Assembly: GCA_900617105.1 (NCBI GenBank)
Contig: UYFQ01000217.1
Span: 1 to 47,634 of the forward strand
Direction of reading: 5' to 3'
Length of the DNA: 47,634 nucleotides
DNA from: Hydrurus foetidus
Lineage: Eukaryota
Shown here: one piece after another, positions 35,917 to 47,634 of the stretch
Layout: each line of letters begins with the position of its first letter
Position numbering within the stretch: position 1 is the first letter of the stretch
Made by a program: the position numbers and the translations under genes
Notes under the pieces: model-generated
Told to the model about the DNA's origin: nothing
The model's input: only the letters and a program-made list of their open reading frames with translations
Databases searched by the model: none

Positions 35917-38900
35917 TGTAGCCTTATGCATCCCTAGGTGGATACAATGTGTCTAGGTTAACTAGGTACAATAGGTACAATACGCCCAGATTCCAGTTTT
36001 GGGTCTTAGTTCTACATAGAACTCCTGCCTTGTTAGGAGACTGTACATCACCTATCCTTTAACTGTAAACTATAATCACAACGTTATCCTAACAACGTCG
36101 CTTTCCTTCGTCCCTCCGTGTCCCGCCCTCTGTCCTACCAACTTCGGTGCCATCGTCCTAGGTCCCGATCAGAGCCATAATATCGATATTTGGTCATTCA
36201 CCAAAGTTACTTCCATCAAAGTTTCGTCAAAGTTCAATCCGAGAAATTTTTTTCTCCTCCCTCTTTCCATCCGTCTCCTCCTCCAACTTTACCCGCAACG
36301 CCAACATTATGGCAGTACGACGCCAGGAGAAGAAGACTAGCTCCATCAACGCCCTCCGACGACAGCAGCCTCGAGCTGTGGCCGTCGCTTTCCGCCAACG
36401 TCATGATGAGCATAACCAACGACGAGCAGATGCAGATTTTCCTGGGTCACCTGCGACTCAGGACCCCGCCGGCGACCTGTCTGCACCGATTCCTCAGCGG
36501 AATTCGGAGCCTGCGGTCATGTCTGCCATTGATGCCCCTGTCATTTCTGCATTGAACGCTTTGTCCTTACAACCAGCTTCGGCTGCGACACCAGCTTCGG
36601 CTGCGACACCAGCTTCAGCTGAGAATCCTATTCCAAGGACGATGGCACCACCCCAGCAATATGTGCAAACGGGTGAGAGAGCTCCTAAGTTGAGCGCCGT
36701 GCCCTCTCGTCAGGAAGTACTACGGGTAATGGAAGTTCTCCTTTCAAATGGAACTCCATTTAAACCAGTTGACGTAGTCCATGTTTCCAACCATCAATCG
36801 TTTACAACGCTTCTCAAGCGTAAGTTTGCGACCGATCCCGATCGTCGCGACTCCTGTAACAATTGGAAACATTGGTCGAATCAATTGTTCTGTAGAGAAC
36901 TCAATCTCACAGTTCCTACATCAGCTGTCAGTCGAACTGACAAGCTGAGCTTCATTGAAACTGTTTCTCAGGTCGCACTTCAATTCGACCTGAAGAATAA
37001 ATCAGTGGAAGACAAGACAGATCAGCTTTTAGCTGATATTGTTGATGGATTCCCTGATGCAACACCCGCTCTCCAACTTCAGGCAACCAAAATTCTAATC
37101 GATAAGTTGCCTGTCGAACCTATCAATTGGAGAGCAGTGTTACAGCGTAGCCTTAACAATACAACGCCAAGACTCATTACAATCGAAGACTTCCGATTCG
37201 TATGGCTTGCGCAGCTTGCTAAGCTACGAGAATCAATTGATGCCTTACGGTTCATTGATGTCTCTCCTTTGTATGGTGATAACTCTCGCCAAATCAAAGC
37301 TCCTGCTCGTTCCTCTCAGGACAAAATCAAAAAACGTCCACGAGAGGACGAGCAATCTGTGCAATCAGACAAGTCTGATAAATTCGAAAGACCTCTGTGC
37401 ACAGGTTGTGGGAGATTAGGCCATTTCGTCGCCACGTGTTTCTACACTATGTCTCCGTACTATAATAGTACTCAGACACCCTACATTAACTCTGAGGGTC
37501 ATAAGCAGTTGTTGAAAGTCGATTCGAAGGCTAAGTTTATCCCAACTTTACCTAAGCCATCGACCTCTTCTTCATCGTCTTCCTCTTCCTCCTCTTCCTC
37601 TTCGTCAAAACCTGCTACTTCAACAGCAGACTCGACAAACCCAGCGAAGAAGCACAAGGGTGAGCAACTATGCAATCTCAATTCATCATCTATTCTTTCC
37701 GATGATCCAGAACTTATTCCTTTCTTCATATCTCCCCTCTCACAGGAGGTTATGCTGGAAAAAAGTAATAGAGTCTTTACTCTCCTGGACACCGGCTCTT
37801 TTGCTGGCAATTTTATACATCGCCGCATTTTAACTAACCTCAATTTCACACAATTCGTTTCGAACTCTTCAGAGAAATTGTGTAAAGTTTGTAGTGGATT
37901 AGATAATCATTGTTATGATATTTCTGACACTATAGACTTAACTCTTTCTTATTTTTGCCCTGATTTAAATAATCATTATACTTTTCAAATCACGGCTTAT
38001 GTTTTAAACGATTCAAAATTTGATCTAATAGTGGGACGTAAATCAATTCGCGAATTGAATTTGTTTTCACGATTCCCAGATCAGATATCTGCCAATGCTT
38101 CATCAAGCACAATCCCGTTAGCGGAAGTTTTATCTTCTGAGCAGGTGGATATAACGTGTGGCTGTCAGCCTAAGGAGAATTTGCTACCCTCCGACGGCTC
38201 CCCAAAAGTCGATCCTTTAACCCAAAAGGTGAAACCGACAGTCACTCAAACACACGTTATTCTAGCCTCACTAATACAAGAGTCTGAAAGACTTTTTGAG
38301 TCTGTGCCCCCTGATGAGGATGAAATCGACGACTCGATCAAGGACTCGTTTTCACCTTGGATAGATGAGTTTCCTGATACTGACTCACTCTCGCTAATAA
38401 ACTTAGCAGGTGATGAAGATCAGAAAAATAAACTTCGATTACTAGTAAACGAATTCAAGGATATATTTAGCAGTGAACTTTCGGCCACTCCTGCTGATAT
38501 TCCACCTTTTGACTTTCATGTCAATGACGACCAATGGAGAGTCCCTAGAAATAGACAACCTCCATGGTCTAAATCAACAGTTGATCAAGCTGACATTCTT
38601 AGTCAGATTAACAAACTTGAAAAACATAATATTGTTGAAAAATCAAACGCGGCTTATTATAGCCAAGTTTTACTAGTTCCAAAATCTGATGGAACTAAGC
38701 GCATGTGTATTGATTTTCGGAATCTCAACAATTGTACCGAAGATAAATCACATCCTATTCCACACATCGGTGAGATGTTGCGTAGAATAGGTGCACATAA
38801 AGCAAAAGTGTTTGCTGTCCTTGACCTCACTCAAGGTTATCATCAAGCACCACTTACACTCGCTGCACGTGCTTTTACTGCATTCATACTTTTCTGCGGA

Positions 38901-39088
38901 GTATATCAATTCACTCGTTTACCCTTTGGGCCAAAACAAGCTCCCTCCTATTTCCAACAGATCATGACGACTGTTGTGTTAGCAGGTCTGATATACTCTA
39001 TATGCGAAATGTACATCGATGATTGCAATGTTTTCGGTAAAGACATTGATGAACTCATTTCGAGACTTCGTCTTGTTTTTGAACGCTT
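35917..39088 (+). mobile_element. Ty3/Gypsy element C, 5' part, interrupted in RT by element D
   Basis: Candidate LTR start TGTAGCC at 35917 (LTR end uncertain); gag-pol ORF switches to LTR sequence at 39089. Confidence 0.85.
36309..39088 (+). CDS. Single-frame gag-protease-RT polyprotein of element C, truncated by insertion
   Basis: Zinc knuckle CTGCGRLGHFVATC, protease LLDTGS, RT RMCIDFRNLN, LDLTQGYHQ, RLPFG, YIDD; homology ends at RLVFERF. Confidence 0.9.
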
Positions 39089-39296
39089 TGTGACCTTGGA
39101 AGGCAAAAGAGAAGGGAAATCTAAAGGCTAAAAGGAGCTAGTTAGTTAGGGATGAAGGCAGAAGGTACGCTAGTAACTTCTGCAAAGCAGCACAAACTAG
39201 CTAGTGACTGATAGTCGTGGCTGTGAACACGAAGGTACTAAGGTGGAAACAGCATCTAATCGGCTGAATGGGGTAGCAGACCCTGAGGGAGCCACA
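39089..39296 (-). repeat. 3' LTR of element D (208 bp, TGTGGC...GGTCACA)
   Basis: Near-identical to 47440-47634; adjacent to PPT. Confidence 0.95.
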
Positions 39297-39659
39297 CTAC
39301 CCCTACTTATCTCTCGTTTTCTCATTTCTCTCCATATCTCTCGGTGAGTCTCGGCTACAGTGTTGCTGGCAAAACAAAATATGACAAAGTGAGAAGAAAT
39401 TAGAAAGAAATAAATAAAAAATAAAAATGAAATGAAATGCGTACAATAAATACAGATATTTGTACATGTGAGAGATGGGGAAGTAGAAACGAGAGTGCCT
39501 AGATGTGTTGTAACTAAGTGTTCCCCTACACATTTATGTCAGATTTTTACTGACTAAACCTCCTGAAAAGCAACGTAACGTTGTAAAAATGAGGAGGAAT
39601 CTTCAAAAGATAATGTGTAGGTCGTTCCTGGGGAACTTACTTTTCTGTCGGAATTATTT

Positions 39660-42600
39660 TCGACATGCCGTGAAGGCGTAGATATGTGTGAAGAGCGTCT
39701 GTAAGACGAAGATTCTTCCACGACTCCCACGTATTGTGCGAGTCATCAAAGTCAGTCCATTTGACTAAAAACCGCATTTGGGTTTGCGCCTGGAATTGCC
39801 TTGGTGCTGAAGAATGGAATCGATAAAGAATTCCATATAATCGCGGCGTGATACATCAGCAGGATCCGTATGTTTCGGATTGAAAACAAATTGTTTAAGA
39901 TTACTAATATGAAGATGTTTATGTTTCTTCGTAGTTATATCTAACAACGTATAATCAGAATTGTGAATCGATATCACTTGAAACGGTCCCCGCCACAACG
40001 TGTGTAACCGTGTGGGCGGTTGTGTGGTATATCTAGCCAACACATATGAACCTACGGGAAAAACCGTTATATCCTGTGGACTTGTGGCAACATGAGCCGC
40101 GTCCATTGTGCGCAAAGCAGTTTGTGCTTGGGCAATCAGGGTATCCTGGATGTGATACATCTCACAGACCACTTTCGATGCGGAAGTTTCCACTTCCGGT
40201 AATTGTGGGAATGGTGAAAGTATGCCCGAATCAAGATTGATTTGGTTACCAAACAATAAACTTGCTGGGGAGGCATTGGTACTGCTGTGAATTGAAGAAT
40301 TCAAAATGCGCTGTACAAACGGTAAGCAGTTTTTGTACTGGTACACGTCGTTTGTATCATACAGGAACGAACGTAAGTACCGGTTAATTTCTTTATTAAC
40401 TCGTTCAACTATAGCATTCTCTTGTTTAGAGTATGCTAGTGTCAGGTTGTGGGGTGTACCCGTTGACACGAGGAATTGTTTGATCAATTCGTTAGCAAAA
40501 TGCGAACCCCGATCAGATCTGATCATTTGGGGTGCACCGTATCTTCCAAAGTGTTGGAGAAGGCAATCGGTAGCCGATTTGGCCGTATTATCGGCACACC
40601 AAAATAGTTCTGTCCATCGTGTAAAAGCACAGATGATGACAAGAACGTAGGAGGCATCGGGGAAGGGTCCGATGAAATCGATGTTCAATACATGGAACGG
40701 TTTGTACGCAGAAGTAACGTACTTGTGTACACGTATCGGTACGCGTGTCGCGTTCATCTTCTGGCAGCATGCACATTGTTGTATAAACAAGTGGGTGTGC
40801 TGAACCATGTGTTCCCACTGAATGGGTAAGCTTAAAAGCTTTTCTACGGTGCGTTTAACGCCCCCGTGTCCAACAAACTTGTTGTGGCACATGTTGAGTG
40901 CGTCGCGCTGCGTATCAGTCATTTCTGGTATGACCTTGAGGGCGCCGCAAAACGGGCCCGGCAAGTTATCCGGTTCTGTGCCAGTGGTGGCTGGTTGAAC
41001 CTTGATGACAAGGTCCGAGAGATTAGCACAGAGGCGAGACATAGCGTCCGCTACCGTGTTCTCAGACCCTCGCACGTATGCGATTGTGTAATCGAGCTCT
41101 TGTAGAGCCATGGACCATCTCCCTACCATCGAGTTAGGGGAGGATTTCATGTACGTCAGATTTTTATGATCTGTGTGAATCGTAAACTTGCGATCACGTA
41201 ATAGTGGATCAAGTTTTGTACAACACAAGTAGATAGCATAAGCTTCTTTCTGGATTGTTGACCAGTTCAACTGTGAGAAGGTGAGTGACTTACTCACAAA
41301 TGAAATGGGTTTCATTTCATCTCCAACTTTTTGGAACAATACACCACCTACACCATAATCCGATGCGTCGGTGTATAAATGTATTGGTGATACATTATCA
41401 ATGAAGTGCATCAGGGGGCATTGAGATTGCCTGCCTAATGTCTTGAAACGCTTTAATGGTTTCAGCATTCCAAGTTACTCTGGAATGTTTATGAGTTGTA
41501 GACACCGTCATTTTATGTAACGGTGCTACTATGTTGGAGTGGTTTGGTACGAAACCTCTAAAATAGTTCGCCAAACCGAGAAATCCCCTAAGGGCAGTAA
41601 CGGTTTTAGGGCGAGGAAAATCTAAAACAGATTTTATTTTCTCAGCCGACATAGATAACCCCTCTTTGGAGATCACACGTCCGACGTATTCGAGGCGTGT
41701 AACTCCGAACTTACACTTCTTAGCTTTCAAGAATAAATTCTTTTCTCGAAAACGGATGAAGACATCACGAAGTCTCTGCAGAAACTCGTCAGGCCCATTA
41801 CCAAATACAATGCAATCATCGAGATACATCTCACATGTTACATATAAAAGGCCCGCAAGGACAACCGTGGCCATCATCTCCTGGAAGTATGATGGGGCAC
41901 GTTTGAGGCCGAAAGGCAATCGAGTGAATTGATAAATTCCAGAGAAGCATATGAATGCAGTCAGGATTTTGGCTGATGCCGTAAGGGGTGCTTGATGGTA
42001 GCCGGACGTTAAGTCCATAACCCCAAAGATGTCAGGTTGACGAGCGCCAATGCGTTCAAACATTGCTGGAATGTTTGGGAGTGGCCAACTGGCCGACTCC
42101 GTACAGTTATTAAGTGGCCGGAAGTCAATACATACACGGTATTGTCCGGGTGACTTCTGTACTACTACAGGGTGACTGTAGTATACCGCATTAGACTTTT
42201 CAACCACCCCGATCCGTATCAGATCCTGAAGGTTATTGTGAATCGCCTCTTCCTTCTGTGAGGATTGTGGGCGGAGCGGGGTCCTGTTACCAGGTACTTC
42301 CCATTGTGCCGCCTTATGATCAATATCAAAAGGAGGTATACGGGCCGGTTCACGGGCCACCTCATCTTGAAAGATGTCAATAAATTCGGTACATAATGCT
42401 CTGCATGCTGTTTGCAGAGCTTCCGACCCACCAAAGGTGATTGTCGAGATGACGTCGTTCGCCCTACCTGTTGGGGTAGGGTCTTTCATCAATGCAGAAA
42501 GAAACGGACCGAACGCATCCGTTTTGTCATCATCAATCTCATCTCCATTGAGATTGATTCCGCACGGCAACACGCTCGCGGCGTTAAGTGTTACTGTGTT

Positions 42601-45600
42601 CACTCTCGTCCCGGTCTCAGAAGGGGGCGGTTAAGACCACTGCCCGTCCATAGCGCAGATGGACCCCACTCTTCTCCCACTGTTGGAATACGGTGGGTGC
42701 TCGAGTGACCTTCGTCTCCATTGTCAGCAGTGTCGGTAATTAGGCGACACTGTGTACAAGGACTACGCGATCCGACAGCGTCACTATGATGACAACAGAC
42801 GTCGGTATGTGAATCTGTACCGATGTCGGACTCTGCCCTTAAGGGAAGTAGACCGATGTCATCTGGGCTGGGTGACGTTTCGATTAACGTAGGGTCAAAG
42901 CCCATACGTTTCGGCGTCAGCACAAACAAGTTGTGTTGATTCAGGGACTTGCGTCCGATGATCAGATCCAATTGTGCAAAAGGATTAACACTAAAAGTGA
43001 TATAGATAGTGTGCTTAATATTACTATCATCGAAAAAGTAAGGCCTAAATCGACTAAGGTATTACACCTATAACAAGTGCCATCAAGACCGCTACAAACG
43101 TTAAGTGCGGTTGAAGACACATAACAATGAGCAAGTGCATCAAGTGAGACAAGCAGTGATTTGGAAACAAAATCGCCGGCCATGCTACCCGTGTCTAGGA
43201 GCGCGTGCGCTGTAAGACTAAGTCCCGTGGACTGGGGTGCTGACGCGGCTGTGGTGGGGGCGTGTCCCTGCAAGGTTCTTCGTTCATCCTTGAACACCAA
43301 TAATGAAAGAAGTTCATTAGGATTTGTTGAGTGTACCGCTGCTACAAGTGAGTCAGACGGTAACGTACCTATGAGCGGTATTTCCGACATGTCGGTCTGG
43401 TTATGGCATGCCGCCAGCACCTCCGAGATTAGAGGCAGGGAGGTATGGAGTGGCTGTAACACGTGAAGACATGTGGGAAGAACATTGTTAGTGTTATCCG
43501 ATATGTATTGGAGGGGTTGAGACCTCCAATGTATTAGTTACGAGTATATCAGAGTTGAGTATACATAAAGGTGGTGGTGTATCGGTAGGGTACATGTGTT
43601 AGCAGCATGTATCGCCACTACCAATGACTCCACCACCGTGACATGAGGTAACGTACCATCATATGCGGCTGCGGGCGGTAGACCACTGTGGGTTGCGTTG
43701 ATGGAGGTGTTGTTGGCCAACGTGGTGTTTTGTCCACCAGAACCGTATCGCGGTTTGTTGGTGGGACCTCGATTATAGTTCCCCCATGATTGGGGTTCCC
43801 TTGGTATTTTTTCTTCTGACCACCCCCTGGGGGCTGAGTTTTATTCAGTACCTCATCAGTGAAATTTGTTTCACGACGGGGTATGTGGATTTTAAAGCGG
43901 CCCAGACCAGGGATGCGATCATTGATAGGGTAGGTCGCATGACCGTATTGTGCCCACGTGCGACCCATGTTGGAGTGGTCCCACGGAACATTGTGGTTGG
44001 TGTTTGAATCCACCATCCACATGTGTGGGCAGTTTTTCAGCAGATGGTCCATGTGTCCACACGAGTTACACTGTCGGAGTGGTGTTGTTGGCAGTGCCAG
44101 CGGTGGTAAAGCTGGGAGTGCCGCACCAACCAACAGGGTTTTGGGGTTCGTCGTGAGAGACAACCCGTATGGATTTTGGGTAGCGGGGTGACAATAAATG
44201 TCGTTGGGGTCCCCAAAAGCCGCTACGTGTAGCTGAAGTTGGCGTACCGCATTGACTTGGGAGAAAAGCGACGCATCGCGAATTCCCAATCGTCCACGTC
44301 ATGCGGGTTGACGCGTTTATGCTCTTTGTATTTGGCGGTGATGGCACCGTTAAGAGGCATCTTTTTCTCGAAGATGAGAGTGAGTGCAGCATGGTCGGAG
44401 GTGCTGAGTGGGCCATGTACTTGTACATGGTTCTCCACCACCTCACGAAACTGAGTCATGCAGCGCATCTCAATCTCCCTTTTGTTGTAACAAAAGGCGA
44501 GATGGACTTCTGAGAAATGCTCAGCTAGTGACTGCCCCAGCTGTGTGTCCGCGCGAAAGTAGCGCAGGACTAATTGTGCTACTTGAGGGACCGTCAGTGT
44601 TTGGAGCCACACTTTACGTGTCTCTTCCGCATATGGATAATCTTGATCCGTATGGATCTGATCATCGATACACCTGACTGCTTTAGTCGAGATGACTTGA
44701 CCAACATCGTAGTTGTTGGTCCACCTCTGGGAGTGTTCGAAAAACTCCCGTGCGGCCTCTTGTCCAATAATGCCTGACGCATTTACGTTGAGAACGTAAA
44801 GCACCGTTTGCAAGGCAATAGCGGAGATGGGTCGGGAACCATCGTCCACAGCACGGCCACCCACTACAAGCGCTGTAGGTGCCGCATTGGGTGTGGCAAA
44901 CTGTACCGCGGGTACGTTGATCGGTGACGTACGATCGTGTATGTACCGTGGTATCGGTGGTCGTACCGGGTGCGCTGCATTGGGGTCGGGACCGCCCCCT
45001 GCAGCTCGGAATGCTGCTGTTTGCTGCTCGTAATCGATTATGCGAGCTGTTGCAGGCAGTATCACGATGTCTGGAGGATCCAAGGGGAGTGGGTTAGGAA
45101 CCCGAATTTCCCGTGGGATCTCCTGGATGACTCGTTGGGGTTGTGGGTTGTAATCCGTGTCACCGGTGAACGTACGTACGTATGTAGGCCGTTCCGGTGA
45201 CCCTGGTGGGGAAGCTTGTCGCTTGCGTGATGTGGGACCCTCTTGTGGAGGTGACGCGCGTTTGCGAGGAACGTCCGCTGTGCGGGTTATTGTCTCCACA
45301 TTTTCGGGGATGCGCGTATCGCGACTCTCGAGTAGTCGAGAGTTGTCGGTAACGCGTACGGTTGCCCGTGGAGTCGCACGTTCGTCCTCGTACTGGTTGT
45401 CGTTGTACTGACGACCGTCAGTATTACGGTTGCCCCGGTTGGAGGTATCCTGTTGGCGACGATTGTCTCCTTGAGGATAGTCCCTTGGGGACTGTCATCG
45501 TAACCCTGTGGGGTTCTCGACGACTTCTCCTATTGGGGTTGTTGTCTCCCTGACGGAAACTGTCGTTGTTGTCGTCGCGAAAATTATCGAAACCGCGATT

Positions 45601-46707
45601 GTTAGTCGAATAATTTCCCCTGTTTGGGTTGTCATTACGACGAGAATCCTCGTAATTACGATTATCCCTTTGGGGGTTATCGTTGTGACGTTGGAAAGTG
45701 TCTCTGCGATTATCCCTGTTAGGGTTGTCGTCTTGTTGGCGATAGTCGTGATCGCGACGCCCGTCATTCTGACGTGGGTTGTCGTCGTTGCGACGATTGT
45801 CGCTGTTGCGTCGATCGTCGTATTGACGTCTGTTGTCGTCGTTGAATGGGGTGTCGTAGCCGCGACGACCATCGTTGTCGTAGTCGTGGTTGTCGTCATT
45901 CTGACGGTAATTGTCGTTATAACGACGATTATCGCTCTGACGTTGATTGTCATTGCGGCGATCATCGTTATATTGACGTCCCTCGTTATCGTAACGAACG
46001 TCGTTACGGTGCTCCGTACCGTATGAAGGGCCCGTATTACGGTTGTCCCTGGGAGGGTTGGAGTCATCGTAGTTACGACGATTGTCGTTGTGACCTTGAT
46101 TGTCATCATTAGAACGTCGATAATCGTTGTTGTTTCGATTATCGTCATTGTATTGACGTTGGTTAGAATCGTGGCGTTGACGGTTATCGTAACGATTACC
46201 GTCACCACCGTCTTCGCTACCACTCTGTTGATTCGGAGTGGGCGGATAGTCGCCCGTTGCATCTCCGTCGACGGGGTTATTCCGACGAGTTGAGTTGTCG
46301 TAACTGTCGAGGCCCTGACGACGGAGGTATCGTTGCGGGGGTGAATCTATACGGCGGCGAGGGTTAGTATCGCCGTCGTCATCATCCCGGTCAGGGTTGC
46401 CATTATGGCGTGTTTGTTGACGGTTTGCGTCTGACGAACGCAACGTGACATTGTCATGTTGTCGCGTTGTGTGAACGTCGTCGTCGTCGTCGTTATGACG
46501 ATTAGGCGGCGCCTGATTGGAACTGTTGGTAGGTCCCAGTATTGTTACTGGGAATACCGGTCGATCAGTTCCATCAGACGCAGCTACTGCTGTCGGCGGT
46601 GTTGGTGTCGACTGAGTTTTTGAAACAGTCGTCGCTGCCGGAATTAATTGAGTGGTTAATTCGGCGAGCGACGGCGATATCTCCGAAGAGTCATCGGATA
46701 ACGGCAT
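39660..46707 (-). pseudogene. Frameshifted gag-pol of element D
   Basis: Consecutive ORFs: R/D/N-rich 46707-45424; gag 45299-44223; knuckle CNSCGHMDHLLKNC; LLDTGS; RT YLDD (42603-41398); RNase H YTDAS and integrase (41468-39765); chromodomain remnant WTDFDDSHNTWESW. Confidence 0.9.
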
Positions 46708-47008
46708 CGTTAGATGACTTATGTCTTGACAATTTTAAATAGCGGGAGTCGCCAAAAAATTTTTGCAAGGGCTTCGCCTCGTGCCGTTTGGATGAAAATC
46801 AAACAGGCGATTAGGCGAAGCAGAATAAGTCAAGCAGGTTCTGGACGGATGAGTGAATCAATCCGTACAAAATAAGTCGGGATTGGGAGACTTGCTCGAC
46901 CAATAACGAGAACGGCGTGGAAGACAAAGCTATCCACGGACGTCAGCCAAGCAAAGCTTGCGGCGAGAGATGGGCAGAAGTTAACGGAGTTAACTCTGCA
47001 CAAAAATT

Positions 47009-47348
47009 TGGGTTTGCTGAGATGAAACTCAAGCAACCACAAGACAGTCAAGTATCGGGAGATCCCGAGTGACTAAGTTTACGGCAACCAGACTTCGGAG
47101 ACTTGCTCGCGATAGTAAGAATTGCTCGCAAACGAGAATTTCGAATAAAATTCGAGATTCTCCACGCAGGTAATCGGTATGGGATTGCTGAGATGAAACT
47201 CAAGCAACCACAAAATAGTCAAGTATCGGGAGATACCGAGTGACTAAGTTTACGGCGACCAGACTTCGGAGACTTGCTCGCGATAGTAAGAATTGCTCGC
47301 AAACGAGAATTTCGAATAAAATTCGAGATTCTCCACGCAGGTAATCGG
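47009..47348. repeat. Two tandem copies of a ~171-bp unit in the 5' UTR of element D
   Basis: TTGCTGAGATGAAACTCAAGCAACCACAA...GCAGGTAATCGG occurs twice. Confidence 0.95.
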
Positions 47349-47439
47349 GTGAGTTAGGGCAGCAGGGTAGCGTAGAGGATGGTAGCTTAGAGTAGGAGGA
47401 TAGGGTCTAAAGAAGAGAAACTAAAGGAAGTAGATCTAC

Positions 47440-47634
47440 TGTGACCTTGGAAGGCAAGAGAAGAAATCTAAAGGCTAAAAGGAGCTTGTTAGTTAGGGAT
47501 GAAACAGAAGGTACGCTAGTAACTTCTGCAAAGCAGCACAAACTAGCTAGTGACTGATAGTCGTGGCTGTGAACACGAAGGTACTAAGGTGGAAACAGCA
47601 TCTAATCGGCTGAATGGGGTAGCAGACCCTGAGA
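47440..47634 (-). repeat. 5' LTR of element D (runs off window by ~10 bp)
   Basis: Matches 39089-39287. Confidence 0.95.

Larger units (their letters stand above)
39089..47634 (-). mobile_element. Near full-length Ty3/Gypsy chromovirus-like element D (~8.55 kb) with both LTRs
   Basis: LTR copies 39089-39296 and 47440 to window end; PPT at 39297-39333; domain order gag-PR-RT-RH-IN-chromo on the minus strand. Confidence 0.95.

Noticed and set aside
31546..39088. DIRS-like retroelement formed by the YR plus neighbouring RT
   Set aside because: The RT belongs to a protease-containing Gypsy ORF on the opposite strand, outside the YR element's inverted termini.
45495..46262. Long Thr/Ile/Val-rich ORFs in alternative frames and on the opposite strand
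   Set aside because: Shadow frames of the low-complexity R/D/N codons.

Overview
Eukaryotic nuclear DNA with many short GT-AG introns. A GSIII gene with a mitochondrial-type leader and a plastid-type bipartite leader on another gene suggest an ochrophyte/stramenopile alga (inference). A central block of seven host genes (GSIII, RPS24, SAM-methyltransferase, membrane-anchored Ap4A phosphorylase-like, OST5/TMEM258, PCGF/BMI1-like RING, large SDR) is peppered with MITEs. It is flanked by two nests of Ty3/Gypsy LTR retrotransposons (1-3.3 kb and 35.9-47.6 kb), two of which carry chromodomain remnants. The most unusual object is a ~4.26-kb element (31546-35804). It carries an apparently intact, 4-exon, ~779-aa Crypton-type tyrosine recombinase gene but is bounded by terminal and subterminal inverted repeats with no obvious TSD. 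It also contains a 181-bp tandem array with a recurrent palindrome, and it abuts a second copy of its terminal motif, which forms a perfect 20-bp inverted repeat. Two unrelated Gypsy elements also share a non-tRNA motif, GTA(A/G)ATCTAC, at the PBS position. All calls are by eye; no searches were run.
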